From a bacterium (lineage in GTDB: Bacteria > SM23-31): 64,000 nucleotides of DNA. The stretch covers positions 2,944,001 to 3,008,000 of the forward strand of contig OZ252239.1 of the NCBI GenBank assembly GCA_965249485.1. Direction: 5' to 3'. Below, piece after piece: positions 21,359 through 31,589 of the stretch. Made by a program: the position numbers and the translations under genes. Under the pieces are notes generated by a model. The model did not search any database. It was given only the letters and a program-made list of their open reading frames with translations, and had not been told where the DNA came from. The first letter of the stretch is position 1; each line of letters starts with the position of its first letter.

Positions 21359-21625
21359 CTATATTCGAATATCAATATGATTTGAGTTACTGCTTATAAT
21401 AGTCTGAGCCTTCACTACATTACCTTCCGGAGATTCGGCTTGATCCTGTTTCTTTTTTTTCCTTTTGCGAGCTTTTTCTTCCTGTTCTTTTGTAACATGA
21501 AGTTGCGGTCCTTCCGACTCAGGATTCTGCTGCGTTTCCTTTAATTTTTGATCAGCAGTCTGTTGTTGAACCGTCACCGCCTGACGGGTCTGAGTATGTA
21601 CAGTTTGAAAATCTATATTACGCAT
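21359..21625 (-). CDS. Small Q/K-rich hypothetical protein ending NHIDIRI
   Basis: GGGGA RBS, low-complexity body, position directly after fliA. Confidence 0.65.
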   Translation of the reverse strand: MRNIDFQTVHTQTRQAVTVQQQTADQKLKETQQNPESEGPQLHVTKEQEEKARKRKKKKQDQAESPEGNVVKAQTIISSNSNHIDIRI

Positions 21626-21692
21626 AAATCCCCGTAATGATTTCTAACCGCGCTCGCCCATTATAATTCTAAGATTAGATAGTATATGTTTT

Positions 21693-21719
21693 AAATCGTC
21701 TGTTTTCTTTTATGACTGA
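21693..21719 (-). promoter_or_regulatory. Weak sigma28-like promoter
   Basis: TCAG-N15-GACGATTT upstream of the 21625 gene; degenerate versus TAAA-N15-GCCGATAA. Confidence 0.3.
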
Positions 21720-21767
21720 AATTATAAGTAGAGTTTAGATTGTATATAGCGCATTTCTTGAGAATAT

Positions 21768-22529
21768 TTACCCTTTTATTGCTGCATTTAACTTTCCGCG
21801 CAGACTTAAGATTGTCTTCGTATGAATTTGAGAAATACGAGACTCAGATAATTGCACCACCTGCCCTATTTCTTTAAGCGTCAGTTCTTCGTGGTAGTAA
21901 AGCGCAATCACCAGACGTTCTGTTTCTGGCAAGTCGTCGATAGACTGAATGATCATCTCTTTCAGTTCTTCTCTGTTCAATGCCTCATCAGGCTCCTCTT
22001 CATCTTTACCTTCAATCACCTCATGCAGTTCACCTTTGCCACCTTCTTCGTTATAGATAACACTGTCAAGTGACATGAGTGAAACTGTATTCACTTCCTT
22101 TAAAAGGTTGAAGTAATCTTCTATTGAAACATTTAAGCGCTTTGCTATTTCTTCGTCGGTAGCAGGGCCACCTTTTTCGTTTTCAATTTCATTAATGACT
22201 TTTTCTAATTCCCGTGATTTGCTCCGAATAGATCGGGGAACCCAGTCCAGTTTTCGTAACTCATCAAGCATAGATCCTTTTATCTTCGGGATTGCGTAAC
22301 TTTCGAACTTTACACCATATTTCGGATCGAACCTGTCGATAGCGTCAATAAGTCCCATAATTCCGGCACTCTCAAGATCATTTACTTCAACAGAAGGCGG
22401 CAGTGAGATCATCGTGCGTCCGGCAACAAACTTTACCAAGTTTGCATATTGCAAGATAATCTGCTCTTTGATTTTCGGATCACTGGACTTTTTATATTGT
22501 GTCCATAATGTCTTTGTCGGGAGACTCAT
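21768..22529 (-). CDS. fliA: Flagellar sigma factor FliA/WhiG (sigma28)
   Basis: GLIDAIDRFDP, LDELRKLDWVPRS, LYYHEELTLKEIG..SESRISQIH. Confidence 0.96.
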   Translation of the reverse strand: MSLPTKTLWTQYKKSSDPKIKEQIILQYANLVKFVAGRTMISLPPSVEVNDLESAGIMGLIDAIDRFDPKYGVKFESYAIPKIKGSMLDELRKLDWVPRSIRSKSRELEKVINEIENEKGGPATDEEIAKRLNVSIEDYFNLLKEVNTVSLMSLDSVIYNEEGGKGELHEVIEGKDEEEPDEALNREELKEMIIQSIDDLPETERLVIALYYHEELTLKEIGQVVQLSESRISQIHTKTILSLRGKLNAAIKG

Positions 22530-22547
22530 CGTAAAATCCCTTTTACC

Positions 22548-22769
22548 TTATTCCTCGGTCTCATCATTGTATTCTTCTTCCGCTTCCGCCCTCAATTCTT
22601 CGGTTGTTTTAATAATCACCACAGCCATTAATACAAGAACTGCTTCAACCACTAGAAATCCAATAAACGACCGAAACACAATTGTGAATACGGGCATTTC
22701 TCGAATTGCACCCACAAGGAACGTAAATGTAAACATTAAAATACCAAGTTTCAATATCAGAATCTTCAT
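22548..22769 (-). CDS. Small two-TM hypothetical protein
   Basis: Two hydrophobic segments and an acidic tail; in operon between flhG and fliA. Confidence 0.65.
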   Translation of the reverse strand: MKILILKLGILMFTFTFLVGAIREMPVFTIVFRSFIGFLVVEAVLVLMAVVIIKTTEELRAEAEEEYNDETEE

Positions 22770-22788
22770 CCGCTAATCCAAGTAAAAT

Positions 22789-23688
22789 TTATTGGAAGAT
22801 CGAAAATTTCGCCAGTCGTTTAAAGAACGATCCATTAGGCTCCACCATCTTTAAATTGCTTTGTAACACAATTCGTTCCGCTATAGTATTAATACATAGA
22901 GATGCAGGACTATTTGGAAATTGTGACACAAACGGTTTTTGCATGATCGTTGCCCGGGGAATCATTTTATCTTGTATTACATATCCCATAAAAAACAGTT
23001 TTACTTGTAGAAAACGCTCTGCTACAAGTTTTATTTTCAAAAACAAATCTTTTGCCTGTTCATAGTCTTTTACCATATTAAACAGCACATAGACACGGCC
23101 TGTATTTTGGCTGAGTGTAAGCAACTTAATCATCGCATATGCATCTGCTATCGATGTCGGCTCCGGCGTAGCTATGACAATCGCATGCGAAGCATACATG
23201 ACGAAATCCAATACATTTTTATGAATTCCAGCCGGCGTATCGACAATAATATAATCATAGTTATACTCAATATTTTCGAGCTGTCGCAGGATTCGAGTTT
23301 GCTTAACAGCAGACAAATCGGACAGTTCTGAAAATCCGGAACCACCTGGAAGTATATGGATATCATTCGGTCCCGAATAAATAACTTCCTTAACCGGGTA
23401 ATCTTTAATGATCGCATCTGCTATTGTTCTCTGTGGTATTTGACCCATGAGAATATCTGCGTTTGCCAGATTGATATCTGCATCTAACAAAAGCACTTTC
23501 CTATCCAGATTTCTCATTGTAATGGCAAGATTGACGGCAATATATGACTTCCCGACGCCACCTTTGCCACTTGTAACGGCATAGACGCACGCACGGGTTT
23601 TTTTCCGGTTATCCGGCAGATATTGCTCCTCTTCATCGGCCTGCAACTCCGTCGCTATTTCTCGTAACCTTGTAGCCTGGTCTAACAT
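22789..23688 (-). CDS. flhG: MinD-like flagellar ATPase FlhG/FleN
   Basis: VTSGKGGVGKS, LLDADINLAN, TPEPTSIADAYA; follows flhF. Confidence 0.92.
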   Translation of the reverse strand: MLDQATRLREIATELQADEEEQYLPDNRKKTRACVYAVTSGKGGVGKSYIAVNLAITMRNLDRKVLLLDADINLANADILMGQIPQRTIADAIIKDYPVKEVIYSGPNDIHILPGGSGFSELSDLSAVKQTRILRQLENIEYNYDYIIVDTPAGIHKNVLDFVMYASHAIVIATPEPTSIADAYAMIKLLTLSQNTGRVYVLFNMVKDYEQAKDLFLKIKLVAERFLQVKLFFMGYVIQDKMIPRATIMQKPFVSQFPNSPASLCINTIAERIVLQSNLKMVEPNGSFFKRLAKFSIFQ

Positions 23689-24845
23689 TAATTCCCTTTC
23701 CTTCTCACTATCATTCGTGCAAGCTTTTGAACGGTTGCCCGTTCAATATCCTCGGGAACATTTTGACCAGTTGTAATATATGTTACTGGTGTTTTAACTT
23801 TTGCTGCGACGTTCAGTATCATGCCGAGGCTGGTCGTTTCATCAGTTTTTGTTACTATAAGACGATTGAACTTCAATTTTGAAAATCGGTTTGCAGCATC
23901 GATCATATCTTTTAACCGTGTTGTAACGCTAAGTACCAGATGATTCTCATGTGGTCGTGCGCTCGCAACAAATTTTTCCATATCTTTAATTCTTGTGGTA
24001 TCCCGTTGACTTCTCCCGGTTGTATCAATATAGATTACATCCATATCGTTGTAATTCTTTATAGCTGATTTCATATCATCAGGTGTATAGACCACTGAGA
24101 GAGGAATCTCTGCAATATTAGCAAATGTCTTTAATTGGTCAATCGCACCAATCCGGAATGTATCAGCAGAAATTAGTGCTACTCTCTTTTTGTTTAGCAG
24201 TTTCTGGTTCGTTGCAAGTTTAGCGATAGTTGTCGTTCTCCCAACACCGGTCGGTCCGACAAGCATAATAATCCGTGGTCCATTATTCTGAGTTGTACCA
24301 CTACCGTTCACTCTGAGCAAGGCCCCAATTTTATCCAAGGCTATTGAAAGAATCAGGCGCATATTATCATATTGATCACCGGAAATTTCATTATGGATAT
24401 CTTCTACAATAGTTCTTGCAATTTCTTCTTCAACTTCGTTGTCAAGAAGTTGTTTCATGAGAAACTGAAGATTCTTCGGGAGCGCCGGAACATTCTGGTA
24501 TTTCAGGAAATTGCTCACCTGCTCGATATTTGATTTGAGTTCATTTACATCCGTCTGTAGTATAATCATCTGCTGATTATTGGCCGCCGGCTTTTGATAT
24601 TGTACCGAAGGTGTAATTTGCTGTACTACAGACGGTGCCACTTGTCCTTGCTGAGGTGGTAAGATAGGTTTATATCCCTGATCTATTGCCGCCATGACCT
24701 CCACAGATTCTTTACCGTTAAAGTCGAGTAATCCACCCTTTTTCATCGTACTCGATTTCAAAATAACAGCATCCGCCCCAAGTTCTTTCTTAGTAAGTGC
24801 AAGTACCTCTTTTAATGTTGGCGCTACAAATCTTTTAATCCTCAT
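23688..24845 (-). CDS. flhF: SRP-family GTPase FlhF (P-loop reads GVGRTTT)
   Basis: MRIKRF..., DTFRIGAIDQL, DTTGRS, TKTDET, GQNVPEDI; start moved to the ATG of MRIKRF. Confidence 0.93.
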   Translation of the reverse strand: MRIKRFVAPTLKEVLALTKKELGADAVILKSSTMKKGGLLDFNGKESVEVMAAIDQGYKPILPPQQGQVAPSVVQQITPSVQYQKPAANNQQMIILQTDVNELKSNIEQVSNFLKYQNVPALPKNLQFLMKQLLDNEVEEEIARTIVEDIHNEISGDQYDNMRLILSIALDKIGALLRVNGSGTTQNNGPRIIMLVGPTGVGRTTTIAKLATNQKLLNKKRVALISADTFRIGAIDQLKTFANIAEIPLSVVYTPDDMKSAIKNYNDMDVIYIDTTGRSQRDTTRIKDMEKFVASARPHENHLVLSVTTRLKDMIDAANRFSKLKFNRLIVTKTDETTSLGMILNVAAKVKTPVTYITTGQNVPEDIERATVQKLARMIVRRKGN

Positions 24846-26904
24846 AACTGCTAATACCTCCCTCCGATTCAACCTGAATGGTTGGCGTTAATTCGCTATA
24901 TGACAACACTACCAGCCCCGGTATTATCGGCTCGATCATTGAATGAAAATGCATCCGTATACCGGGTGCTGTCAATATAATTGGTGTAAATCCTTTTGAT
25001 ATCATTTCTTCTACTTTTGCTGCAGTTTTCTGTGTAAGCGTCTGAATCACATCAGGCGGCAGACTGGCTCTGGCACCGGTTTGTGCGGCCTGTTTGATTA
25101 ACTCGTCAATCATCTGCTCATTTCGCGGGTCAAGAGTCATCGCATGGATTTTACCATCGTCTGATTTAAATATTTGCGTTATTGTATTATTGAGTGACTG
25201 CCTGACATATTCAGTTAGAATGGTCACTTCTCTCGTAACCGGAATAAAATCGGCAAGTGTCTCGAGAATGGTAATCATATCCCGCACAGGTGCTCTTTCT
25301 TTCAGCAGACTTTGCAACACTTTTTGCACGGCACCGACACTGAGTTGCGGAATAACCTCTTCCACTACTGCAGGATTATCGGCTTTAAGATTATCAAGTA
25401 GTTGCTTCACATCCTGTCTGCTGATAATATTAGCTGCATTGTTTCGTATAATTTCCATTAGATGCGTTGCTATGACCGCTGATGTTTCTACCACGGTATA
25501 TCCGGCAAGCTCTGCATCTTCTTTTTTGTCTTCCTCGATCCAATAAGCACTCAAGCCAAATGCGGGCTCGGTAGTAGCTGATCCTTCAAGCTCCTGCGTA
25601 GCAGTTCCTGGATTCATTGCAAGATATAGCCCCGGATACACTTCATACTTTGATATTTCAATACCTCTTATTTTGATCACATACTGATTTGTACCGAGCT
25701 GAACATTATCTCGAATGCGGATAGGCGGAACAACAAATCCCATTTCAGCCGCAATCTGTTTTCGCATAGTTTTAATTCGTCCAAGCAGGTCTCCACCTTG
25801 CTTAACATCCACAAGTGGAATCTGCCCATATCCTATTTCAAGTTCTAATGGATCGACCTGCAGATACGATTCGATCTTTTCTTCCGGTTCAGGCGGTGGT
25901 CCCACTAATTCGGCCGCTATCTCAAATTCGACCTGTTTTTCCTGACTATTCATATAGCCCATGAGACCGCACACAGATCCAAGAAGGAAAAACGGAATCA
26001 ATGGCAATCCGGGTGCAATGCCAAACATAAAGAGCGCACCGGAAGCGATAAAAAGCGCTTTTGGCTGTGCCAGAATTTGCTTCTGTACGTCACTTCCGAG
26101 ATTCGACTCAGCTGCTGCGCGGGTTACAACAATACCGGCTGATGTTGAAACAATGAGAGCAGGAATCTGGGATACAAGACCGTCTCCGATTGTCAGCATC
26201 GAATAGGTTTGAATCGAATCGGTAAATGTCATACCTCCTTGAATAATGCCGATAAAAAATCCGGCAAGTAAATTTGTTCCGGTAATAATGATTCCTGCTA
26301 TTGCATCACCACGAACAAACTTTGCTGCACCGTCCATTGCTCCGTGAAACTCCGCTTCTTGTGAAATTTCCTGACGGCGGAGTCGTGCGTCCTCATCCGA
26401 AATTGCGCCGGCATTCAGATCAGCATCGATCGCCATCTGCTTACCGGGCATAGCATCAAGAGTAAATCGTGCAGCTACCTCAGCAATACGGCCGGCACCT
26501 TTCACAATTACAAGAAAGTTAATGATTACTAGTATGATGAAAATTATAAACCCAACTATATAATTTCCTCTTGTTACATAGGTACCAAATGCGGCAATTA
26601 CTTCACCTGCATCTGCCTGACCCAATATTAATCGTGTCGATGCAACATTCAACGCAAGACGGAACAATGTCAAGACAAGGAGAAGACCAGGAAATACGGC
26701 AAATTCAAGCGGCTGCACAATATACAGTGCGACCATTATAACAATGAGTGAAAACGCAATATTGAACGTCAGAAGAATATCGAGAATCCAAGTCGGCAGC
26801 GGAATAATCATGAGCATTAGTATCCCGATAATTGATACCGCGAGGACAACATCACTGTTTTTCGTTAGAGCTGTGTAAATCGGATTTTGTGTTTTTTCGT
26901 CCAT
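24835..26904 (-). CDS. flhA: Flagellar export protein FlhA
   Basis: RIAEVAARFTLDAMPGKQMAIDADLNAG, GAMDGAAKFVRGDA, IGDGLVSQIP. Confidence 0.97.
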   Translation of the reverse strand: MDEKTQNPIYTALTKNSDVVLAVSIIGILMLMIIPLPTWILDILLTFNIAFSLIVIMVALYIVQPLEFAVFPGLLLVLTLFRLALNVASTRLILGQADAGEVIAAFGTYVTRGNYIVGFIIFIILVIINFLVIVKGAGRIAEVAARFTLDAMPGKQMAIDADLNAGAISDEDARLRRQEISQEAEFHGAMDGAAKFVRGDAIAGIIITGTNLLAGFFIGIIQGGMTFTDSIQTYSMLTIGDGLVSQIPALIVSTSAGIVVTRAAAESNLGSDVQKQILAQPKALFIASGALFMFGIAPGLPLIPFFLLGSVCGLMGYMNSQEKQVEFEIAAELVGPPPEPEEKIESYLQVDPLELEIGYGQIPLVDVKQGGDLLGRIKTMRKQIAAEMGFVVPPIRIRDNVQLGTNQYVIKIRGIEISKYEVYPGLYLAMNPGTATQELEGSATTEPAFGLSAYWIEEDKKEDAELAGYTVVETSAVIATHLMEIIRNNAANIISRQDVKQLLDNLKADNPAVVEEVIPQLSVGAVQKVLQSLLKERAPVRDMITILETLADFIPVTREVTILTEYVRQSLNNTITQIFKSDDGKIHAMTLDPRNEQMIDELIKQAAQTGARASLPPDVIQTLTQKTAAKVEEMISKGFTPIILTAPGIRMHFHSMIEPIIPGLVVLSYSELTPTIQVESEGGISSYED

Positions 26905-26913
26905 ACTTATTGA

Positions 26914-27990
26914 TTATAGTTTTTTATTTTTCAATTTATAAACATATGCCAGTACTTCAGCGACTGCATGGAATAGATTTTCAGGAATAAATTCCCCGAT
27001 TTTCACTGCTTTAAACAGTGCCCACGCAAGCGGTTTATCTTCAACTATCGGGATGTCGTGCTCAATTGCGATGGCTCTTATTTTTTCTGCCACTTTCTTT
27101 CTACCTTTTGCGAGCACTTTCGGAGCTTCCATATCACCCGGTGCATACTTCAGAGCTATTGCTATTTCAACAGGGTTTGTAATGATAACATCCGCTTCCG
27201 GGATTTCTTCCATCATTCTGCGCCGTGCCATTTCACGCTGCACACTTCTAATTCGTGCTTTAACATGCGGATCACCTTCAAGTTGTTTCATCTCTTCTTT
27301 GATTTCCTGTTTTGTCATCCGAATGCTGCCCTCATAATCAAATTTCTGAAACATGAAGTCTAAAACTGCCATCGCAATAAGTGCGATTGCTATTTTCACC
27401 CCCAGAGCAAATGTTTCTCTACTGGCGTAGGCAAATATCTGTAGCGGAGTTTGATCTATAAGAGGAATAAAATCCTGAACATCTCCGCTTATTGAGTAGT
27501 AAGCGATAGAACCGATGATGCCGATTTTTAAAATGTTTTTCACGAGCTCTACGAGCGCTTTACGTGAAAACAAGACACGCTTCATACCGGCGAGTGGGTT
27601 GACTTTAGAAAATTTCGGTGTTAACGGTTCCAGTGTAAAAAGCGGTCCAACCTGTGCATAATTGATCGTCACTCCAATAACCATAATTGTGATGATAAAT
27701 GGAGACGAAACTTTCAGAAATCCGATTGCAGCAATTTGTAAATAGTCCTGCATATTATCGGAATTCAAAGTTACCCAGTCAATGTTTTCAAAGATCACAC
27801 GGCTGTAATGACTCATCAGATTAAACATATACGAGCCGCCAAAATAGAAAAACAGCAAACTTGCCAAAATAATTGCTGTGGTGCTGACTTCAATACTTTT
27901 AGCAACGTTACCCTTTTTGCGGGCTTCTTCCCGCCGTTTTGGAGTTGCACGTTCAGTGCGCTCTTGTTGATTTCCTTCCTGCTCTGCCAT
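26914..27990 (-). CDS. flhB: Flagellar export protein FlhB
   Basis: RTERATPKR, MTKQEIKEE...EGDP, ITNPVE at the usual NPTH autocleavage site. Confidence 0.96.
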   Translation of the reverse strand: MAEQEGNQQERTERATPKRREEARKKGNVAKSIEVSTTAIILASLLFFYFGGSYMFNLMSHYSRVIFENIDWVTLNSDNMQDYLQIAAIGFLKVSSPFIITIMVIGVTINYAQVGPLFTLEPLTPKFSKVNPLAGMKRVLFSRKALVELVKNILKIGIIGSIAYYSISGDVQDFIPLIDQTPLQIFAYASRETFALGVKIAIALIAMAVLDFMFQKFDYEGSIRMTKQEIKEEMKQLEGDPHVKARIRSVQREMARRRMMEEIPEADVIITNPVEIAIALKYAPGDMEAPKVLAKGRKKVAEKIRAIAIEHDIPIVEDKPLAWALFKAVKIGEFIPENLFHAVAEVLAYVYKLKNKKL

Positions 27991-28006
27991 TGCGTCTGTA
28001 CCTTAC

Positions 28007-28789
28007 TTATCCCATTGCCTGTATAATTCGTATAACAGATGTTTCAAACTGGTCAACAAGTTTACCAAAAACATACACGAACATTGGTAATGTTACTCCC
28101 ATCATAGCCAGTCCAGCACCTATTTTCAAAGGAAAACCGACAATAAATATATTCATTTGAGGAACCGTTCTTGCTATAATTCCCATAACAAAACTTGTTA
28201 AAAACAGTGCAACAAGTACCGGACCACCAATTTGTAGTGCAATTTTAAATACCTCTGTGCTCATATAAATGATATTCTTAGTACTGATCTTAGAAAATTG
28301 TGCCGTGCCGAGTGGTATCGCCACAAAACTGCTTCTCAATGCATTTAATAGAAAGTGGTGACCATTGATTAAAAGAAAAATGAGTAGTTAAATTATGTAT
28401 TGGAACTGTCCAACAATCGAGACCTGTTCACCTGTTTGGGGGTCAAGAATATTTACCATACCAAATCCCATATCGAGACCGACCAGCTCGCCTGACATCT
28501 GAACTCCGACAAAAAGAAAGTTGGTGGCTAGACCTATAATAAGCCCGACTACAACTTCTTTGAGAATCATCAACACAAACGGGAGAAGATCAATCGGGAT
28601 TGAAAATTGCCCTGCCTCGATCATCGGAAACAATACCCAGCTCACAAAAAATGCAAGACCTACTTTAATGGGAATTGGAATGGAAGAATAACCGAATACC
28701 GGAACCGAAGCGATTATTGTTCCTACTCTGACAAACCCAATAAAGAATACAATAAACTGATGAAATGTGATATTTGAAATATCCATCAT
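28007..28789 (-). pseudogene. fliR: FliR interrupted by one in-frame TAA (28388-28390)
   Basis: Both called ORFs are in the same frame; reads GQFQYII*LLIFLLINGHHFLL...ARTVPQMNIFIVGFPLKI. Confidence 0.88.
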
Positions 28790-29058
28790 TAATGTGCTAT
28801 TTGTGATATTGAACCAAAAATTTCGGTAGTAAATGTCTGCATTATCTGGATGATCCAGGGTGCAAACACAACAACTGAGACAATAACAACTATAATTTTC
28901 GGAATAAACGTCAATGTCATTTCATTAATGGAGGTGACTGCCTGAAAGACACCAATCGCAAGTCCGACCACCAGTGCCAGACCAAGCATTGGCGACGAAA
29001 CAAGTAATACAGTAAATACTGCAGTTTGTGCAATTGTTATTACAAATTCTTCAGTCAT
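28789..29058 (-). CDS. fliQ: Flagellar export protein FliQ
   Basis: FQAVTSINEMTLTFIPK. Confidence 0.95.
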   Translation of the reverse strand: MTEEFVITIAQTAVFTVLLVSSPMLGLALVVGLAIGVFQAVTSINEMTLTFIPKIIVVIVSVVVFAPWIIQIMQTFTTEIFGSISQIAH

Positions 29059-29102
29059 GAAACATCTCCAACTACAAAATTAAAATCGAATATTTTTATC
29101 AT

Positions 29103-29867
29103 CTAACCAAAACTGGTGACAATCGAGTTCACTATCAAGAACCACCCGTCAACAAGTACAAAAAGCAATACTTTGAATGGTAGAGATATCATAATAGGCG
29201 GTAACATAAGCATACCCATTGACATAAGCACCGAAGCTACTATCATATCGATCATTAAAAAAGGAACATATAAAAGAAATCCTATCTGAAATGCAATTCT
29301 CAACTCCGAAACCACGAATGCGGGGACGAGCGCCTGAATCGGTATATCATCTGCTGTCATTGGTTTTTCTTCATCGGCAAATCGCATAAAAAGCATCAAA
29401 TCTTTATCTCTCGTTAAGTTCATCATAAAATGGCGAACCGGTTTAAGTGCTTCTGTATAGGCTTCGGTATCAGATATTGTTTCAGCAAGATACGGTTGTA
29501 GCGCATTATCGTTAACCTGCTTCCAGACAGGTGACATTACAAAAAACGTCAGAAATAAAGCAAGCCCGATCAAAATCTGGTTCGACGGCATCTGCTGAGT
29601 CCCAAGCGCCTGCCTGACAAAGTGAAATACGATAATAATTCTCGTAAATGATGTCATCAGGATCAGTATTGCCGGTGCCAACGTTAGTATGGTCAGTAAT
29701 GCAAGAATCTGTAGCGAAATTGCTACATCCCCTGCATTCTGCGCTTCATCAATTCCTAGTGAGACTCTCGGTAGAGGAATTCCCTGTATCTGAGCAAAAG
29801 CATCGGAATTACCAATTATAAATAACGTTATTACGAATATTATTATTGTAAAATATTTATTTTTAAT
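29103..29867 (-). CDS. fliP: Flagellar export protein FliP; the frame extends 62 codons upstream of the called TTG to an ATT overlapping the fliO stop
   Basis: MTSFTRIIIV, ALGTQQMP, LPFKVLLFVLVDGW; upstream extension has a signal peptide and LQILALLTILTLAP. Confidence 0.9.
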   Translation of the reverse strand: MKNKYFTIIIFVITLFIIGNSDAFAQIQGIPLPRVSLGIDEAQNAGDVAISLQILALLTILTLAPAILILMTSFTRIIIVFHFVRQALGTQQMPSNQILIGLALFLTFFVMSPVWKQVNDNALQPYLAETISDTEAYTEALKPVRHFMMNLTRDKDLMLFMRFADEEKPMTADDIPIQALVPAFVVSELRIAFQIGFLLYVPFLMIDMIVASVLMSMGMLMLPPIMISLPFKVLLFVLVDGWFLIVNSIVTSFG

Positions 29868-30427
29868 TATTTGGGTCTTTTTAAAAGCTTGCTGAATATA
29901 TCTCCAAATTGACTCCCGATTTCTGTTGGATCAGAGTTTTCCGAATCGGGCCGATTTCCATATTGTTCTAATTCTTCTTTCTTCAATTCAGCTATCAAAT
30001 TCATCGTTGTGTCTGTGACAGAGATAACAAGCATACGCCCAGCTACTTCAACGAGCATAAGAGACTTTTTAGGGCCCACATATGTTGAGCTGATTACCTG
30101 TATCGCTTTGCCGGGTCCTGAAATACTCTTTCTGTTATATACGAACCGTTTCAGAAGAAAAACTGTAGCAAATATCAATGCAACAATGAGCAAAAAGTAC
30201 CCAGCGGTTTTTGCAATGAGACCGGTCAGATTTAATTGATTGGCCCCTGAAAATTGAAATTCTGTCTGCTCCCCACCGGACTCTGTTTCGGCCGGAATTA
30301 CAGCATGTCCTGTCTCTTCTGTCACTAATTGCTGTTCAGATTGAGCATAGACAATGTGATATTCTATGAAGCACAATGCCACTATAAGCAGCATCGGACA
30401 AATTCTATGTATCATTATGTTTTTCAT
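29867..30427 (-). CDS. fliO: Flagellar protein FliO/FliZ
   Basis: TM followed by VGPKKSLMLVEVAGRMLVISVT; position before fliP. Confidence 0.82.
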   Translation of the reverse strand: MKNIMIHRICPMLLIVALCFIEYHIVYAQSEQQLVTEETGHAVIPAETESGGEQTEFQFSGANQLNLTGLIAKTAGYFLLIVALIFATVFLLKRFVYNRKSISGPGKAIQVISSTYVGPKKSLMLVEVAGRMLVISVTDTTMNLIAELKKEELEQYGNRPDSENSDPTEIGSQFGDIFSKLLKRPK

Positions 30428-30453
30428 AATATCACAACATATTGTTCGGATTA

Positions 30454-31524
30454 TTAAGCGCGTGACTTAATTGATTTTAACATCTCATCTTTATGGATAA
30501 GACTTGTTATCCTGATACCGAAATGCTCATCGACCACAACAACTTCGCCCTCAGCTATTTTCTTATCTTCAATCAATAGATCAACAGGCTCACCCGCCAA
30601 TTTTTCAAATTCGATCACAGAACCGTGACCAAGATCAAGAATATCCTTAATAAGCATTTTTGTTCTGCCAAGTTCAATTGAGACCGGAAAAGTAAGATCC
30701 ATCAAAAAAGTGATTTTTTGATCTACAGGTTCAGCGTGTAGTGCAGCCACAGGTGGTGGCTGGACTTCAGGAACTTCAATTTCGTCGACATCTCCTGCAT
30801 CTTCGGCATCATCTTCCAACATACCTGTCAGGTCAAAATCAGCTACTCCAATTTCGTCTTCTTCCCCTTCTTCTGCTGTTTCTGCACCTTCTTCGGCTGC
30901 TTCTGCACCTTCTTCGGTTTTTTCACCAGCTTCAGTATCTGTTTCCGCTTCAGTTGCTTCTTCCGATGCTGTAGCTTCACCAAGCATGCTTTCAATGGAG
31001 CTGGAGGTCAGCACACCAACTACCATTTTTTCCTCGTCTTCTCCGACTTTGAGTGAAAACGTTAGCGTTGCAAGATCGGGTTTGTCGAATATTTCGGCAT
31101 TCAACTCAACTTCCTGCCCGGTTAAATCGGTGATTGAAAAGTCAGTTTCATCCGATGACTTCATTTTCGTAGAAATAGCCCCGAGAACCTGATTTGCCGT
31201 CTCCTTCATGGCATCGACATGCTCTTCTGCAAATTCTACATCTTCTTCTTCCATCATCATCATCAGGGAGCCGATTCTTGCCGCAGTCCCTTTATCGATA
31301 AACAGATGAAGTGCACTTTCCGGATCGTGCTCAAGTTTAAAATCGATACTGACGACAGATTCAGAGAAATGTGAACTCACAGATTCATAATCAAATTCAG
31401 CCACTTCTTTAAATTCAATTTCGACTTCTTTGTTTGTGATGGTTCCAAGGATCTCTTTGGCCTCGGAAATAACCATCTCGGCATGTGAATTGATATAATC
31501 CACTATTTCCGGCTTAACGGCCAT
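30454..31524 (-). CDS. fliN: Motor switch protein FliY/FliN (CheC-like N-domain + FliN domain)
   Basis: C-terminal VSIELGRT..GSVIEFEKLAGEPVD..IAEGEVVVVDEHFGIRI; ETAN ExxN motif; acidic linker. Confidence 0.88.
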   Translation of the reverse strand: MAVKPEIVDYINSHAEMVISEAKEILGTITNKEVEIEFKEVAEFDYESVSSHFSESVVSIDFKLEHDPESALHLFIDKGTAARIGSLMMMMEEEDVEFAEEHVDAMKETANQVLGAISTKMKSSDETDFSITDLTGQEVELNAEIFDKPDLATLTFSLKVGEDEEKMVVGVLTSSSIESMLGEATASEEATEAETDTEAGEKTEEGAEAAEEGAETAEEGEEDEIGVADFDLTGMLEDDAEDAGDVDEIEVPEVQPPPVAALHAEPVDQKITFLMDLTFPVSIELGRTKMLIKDILDLGHGSVIEFEKLAGEPVDLLIEDKKIAEGEVVVVDEHFGIRITSLIHKDEMLKSIKSRA

Positions 31525-31589
31525 ATTGCACCCCTCTATTAAATAAATTCATTATTATTTTCTTCGTTTTTTTCATTATTTTATTCCAT

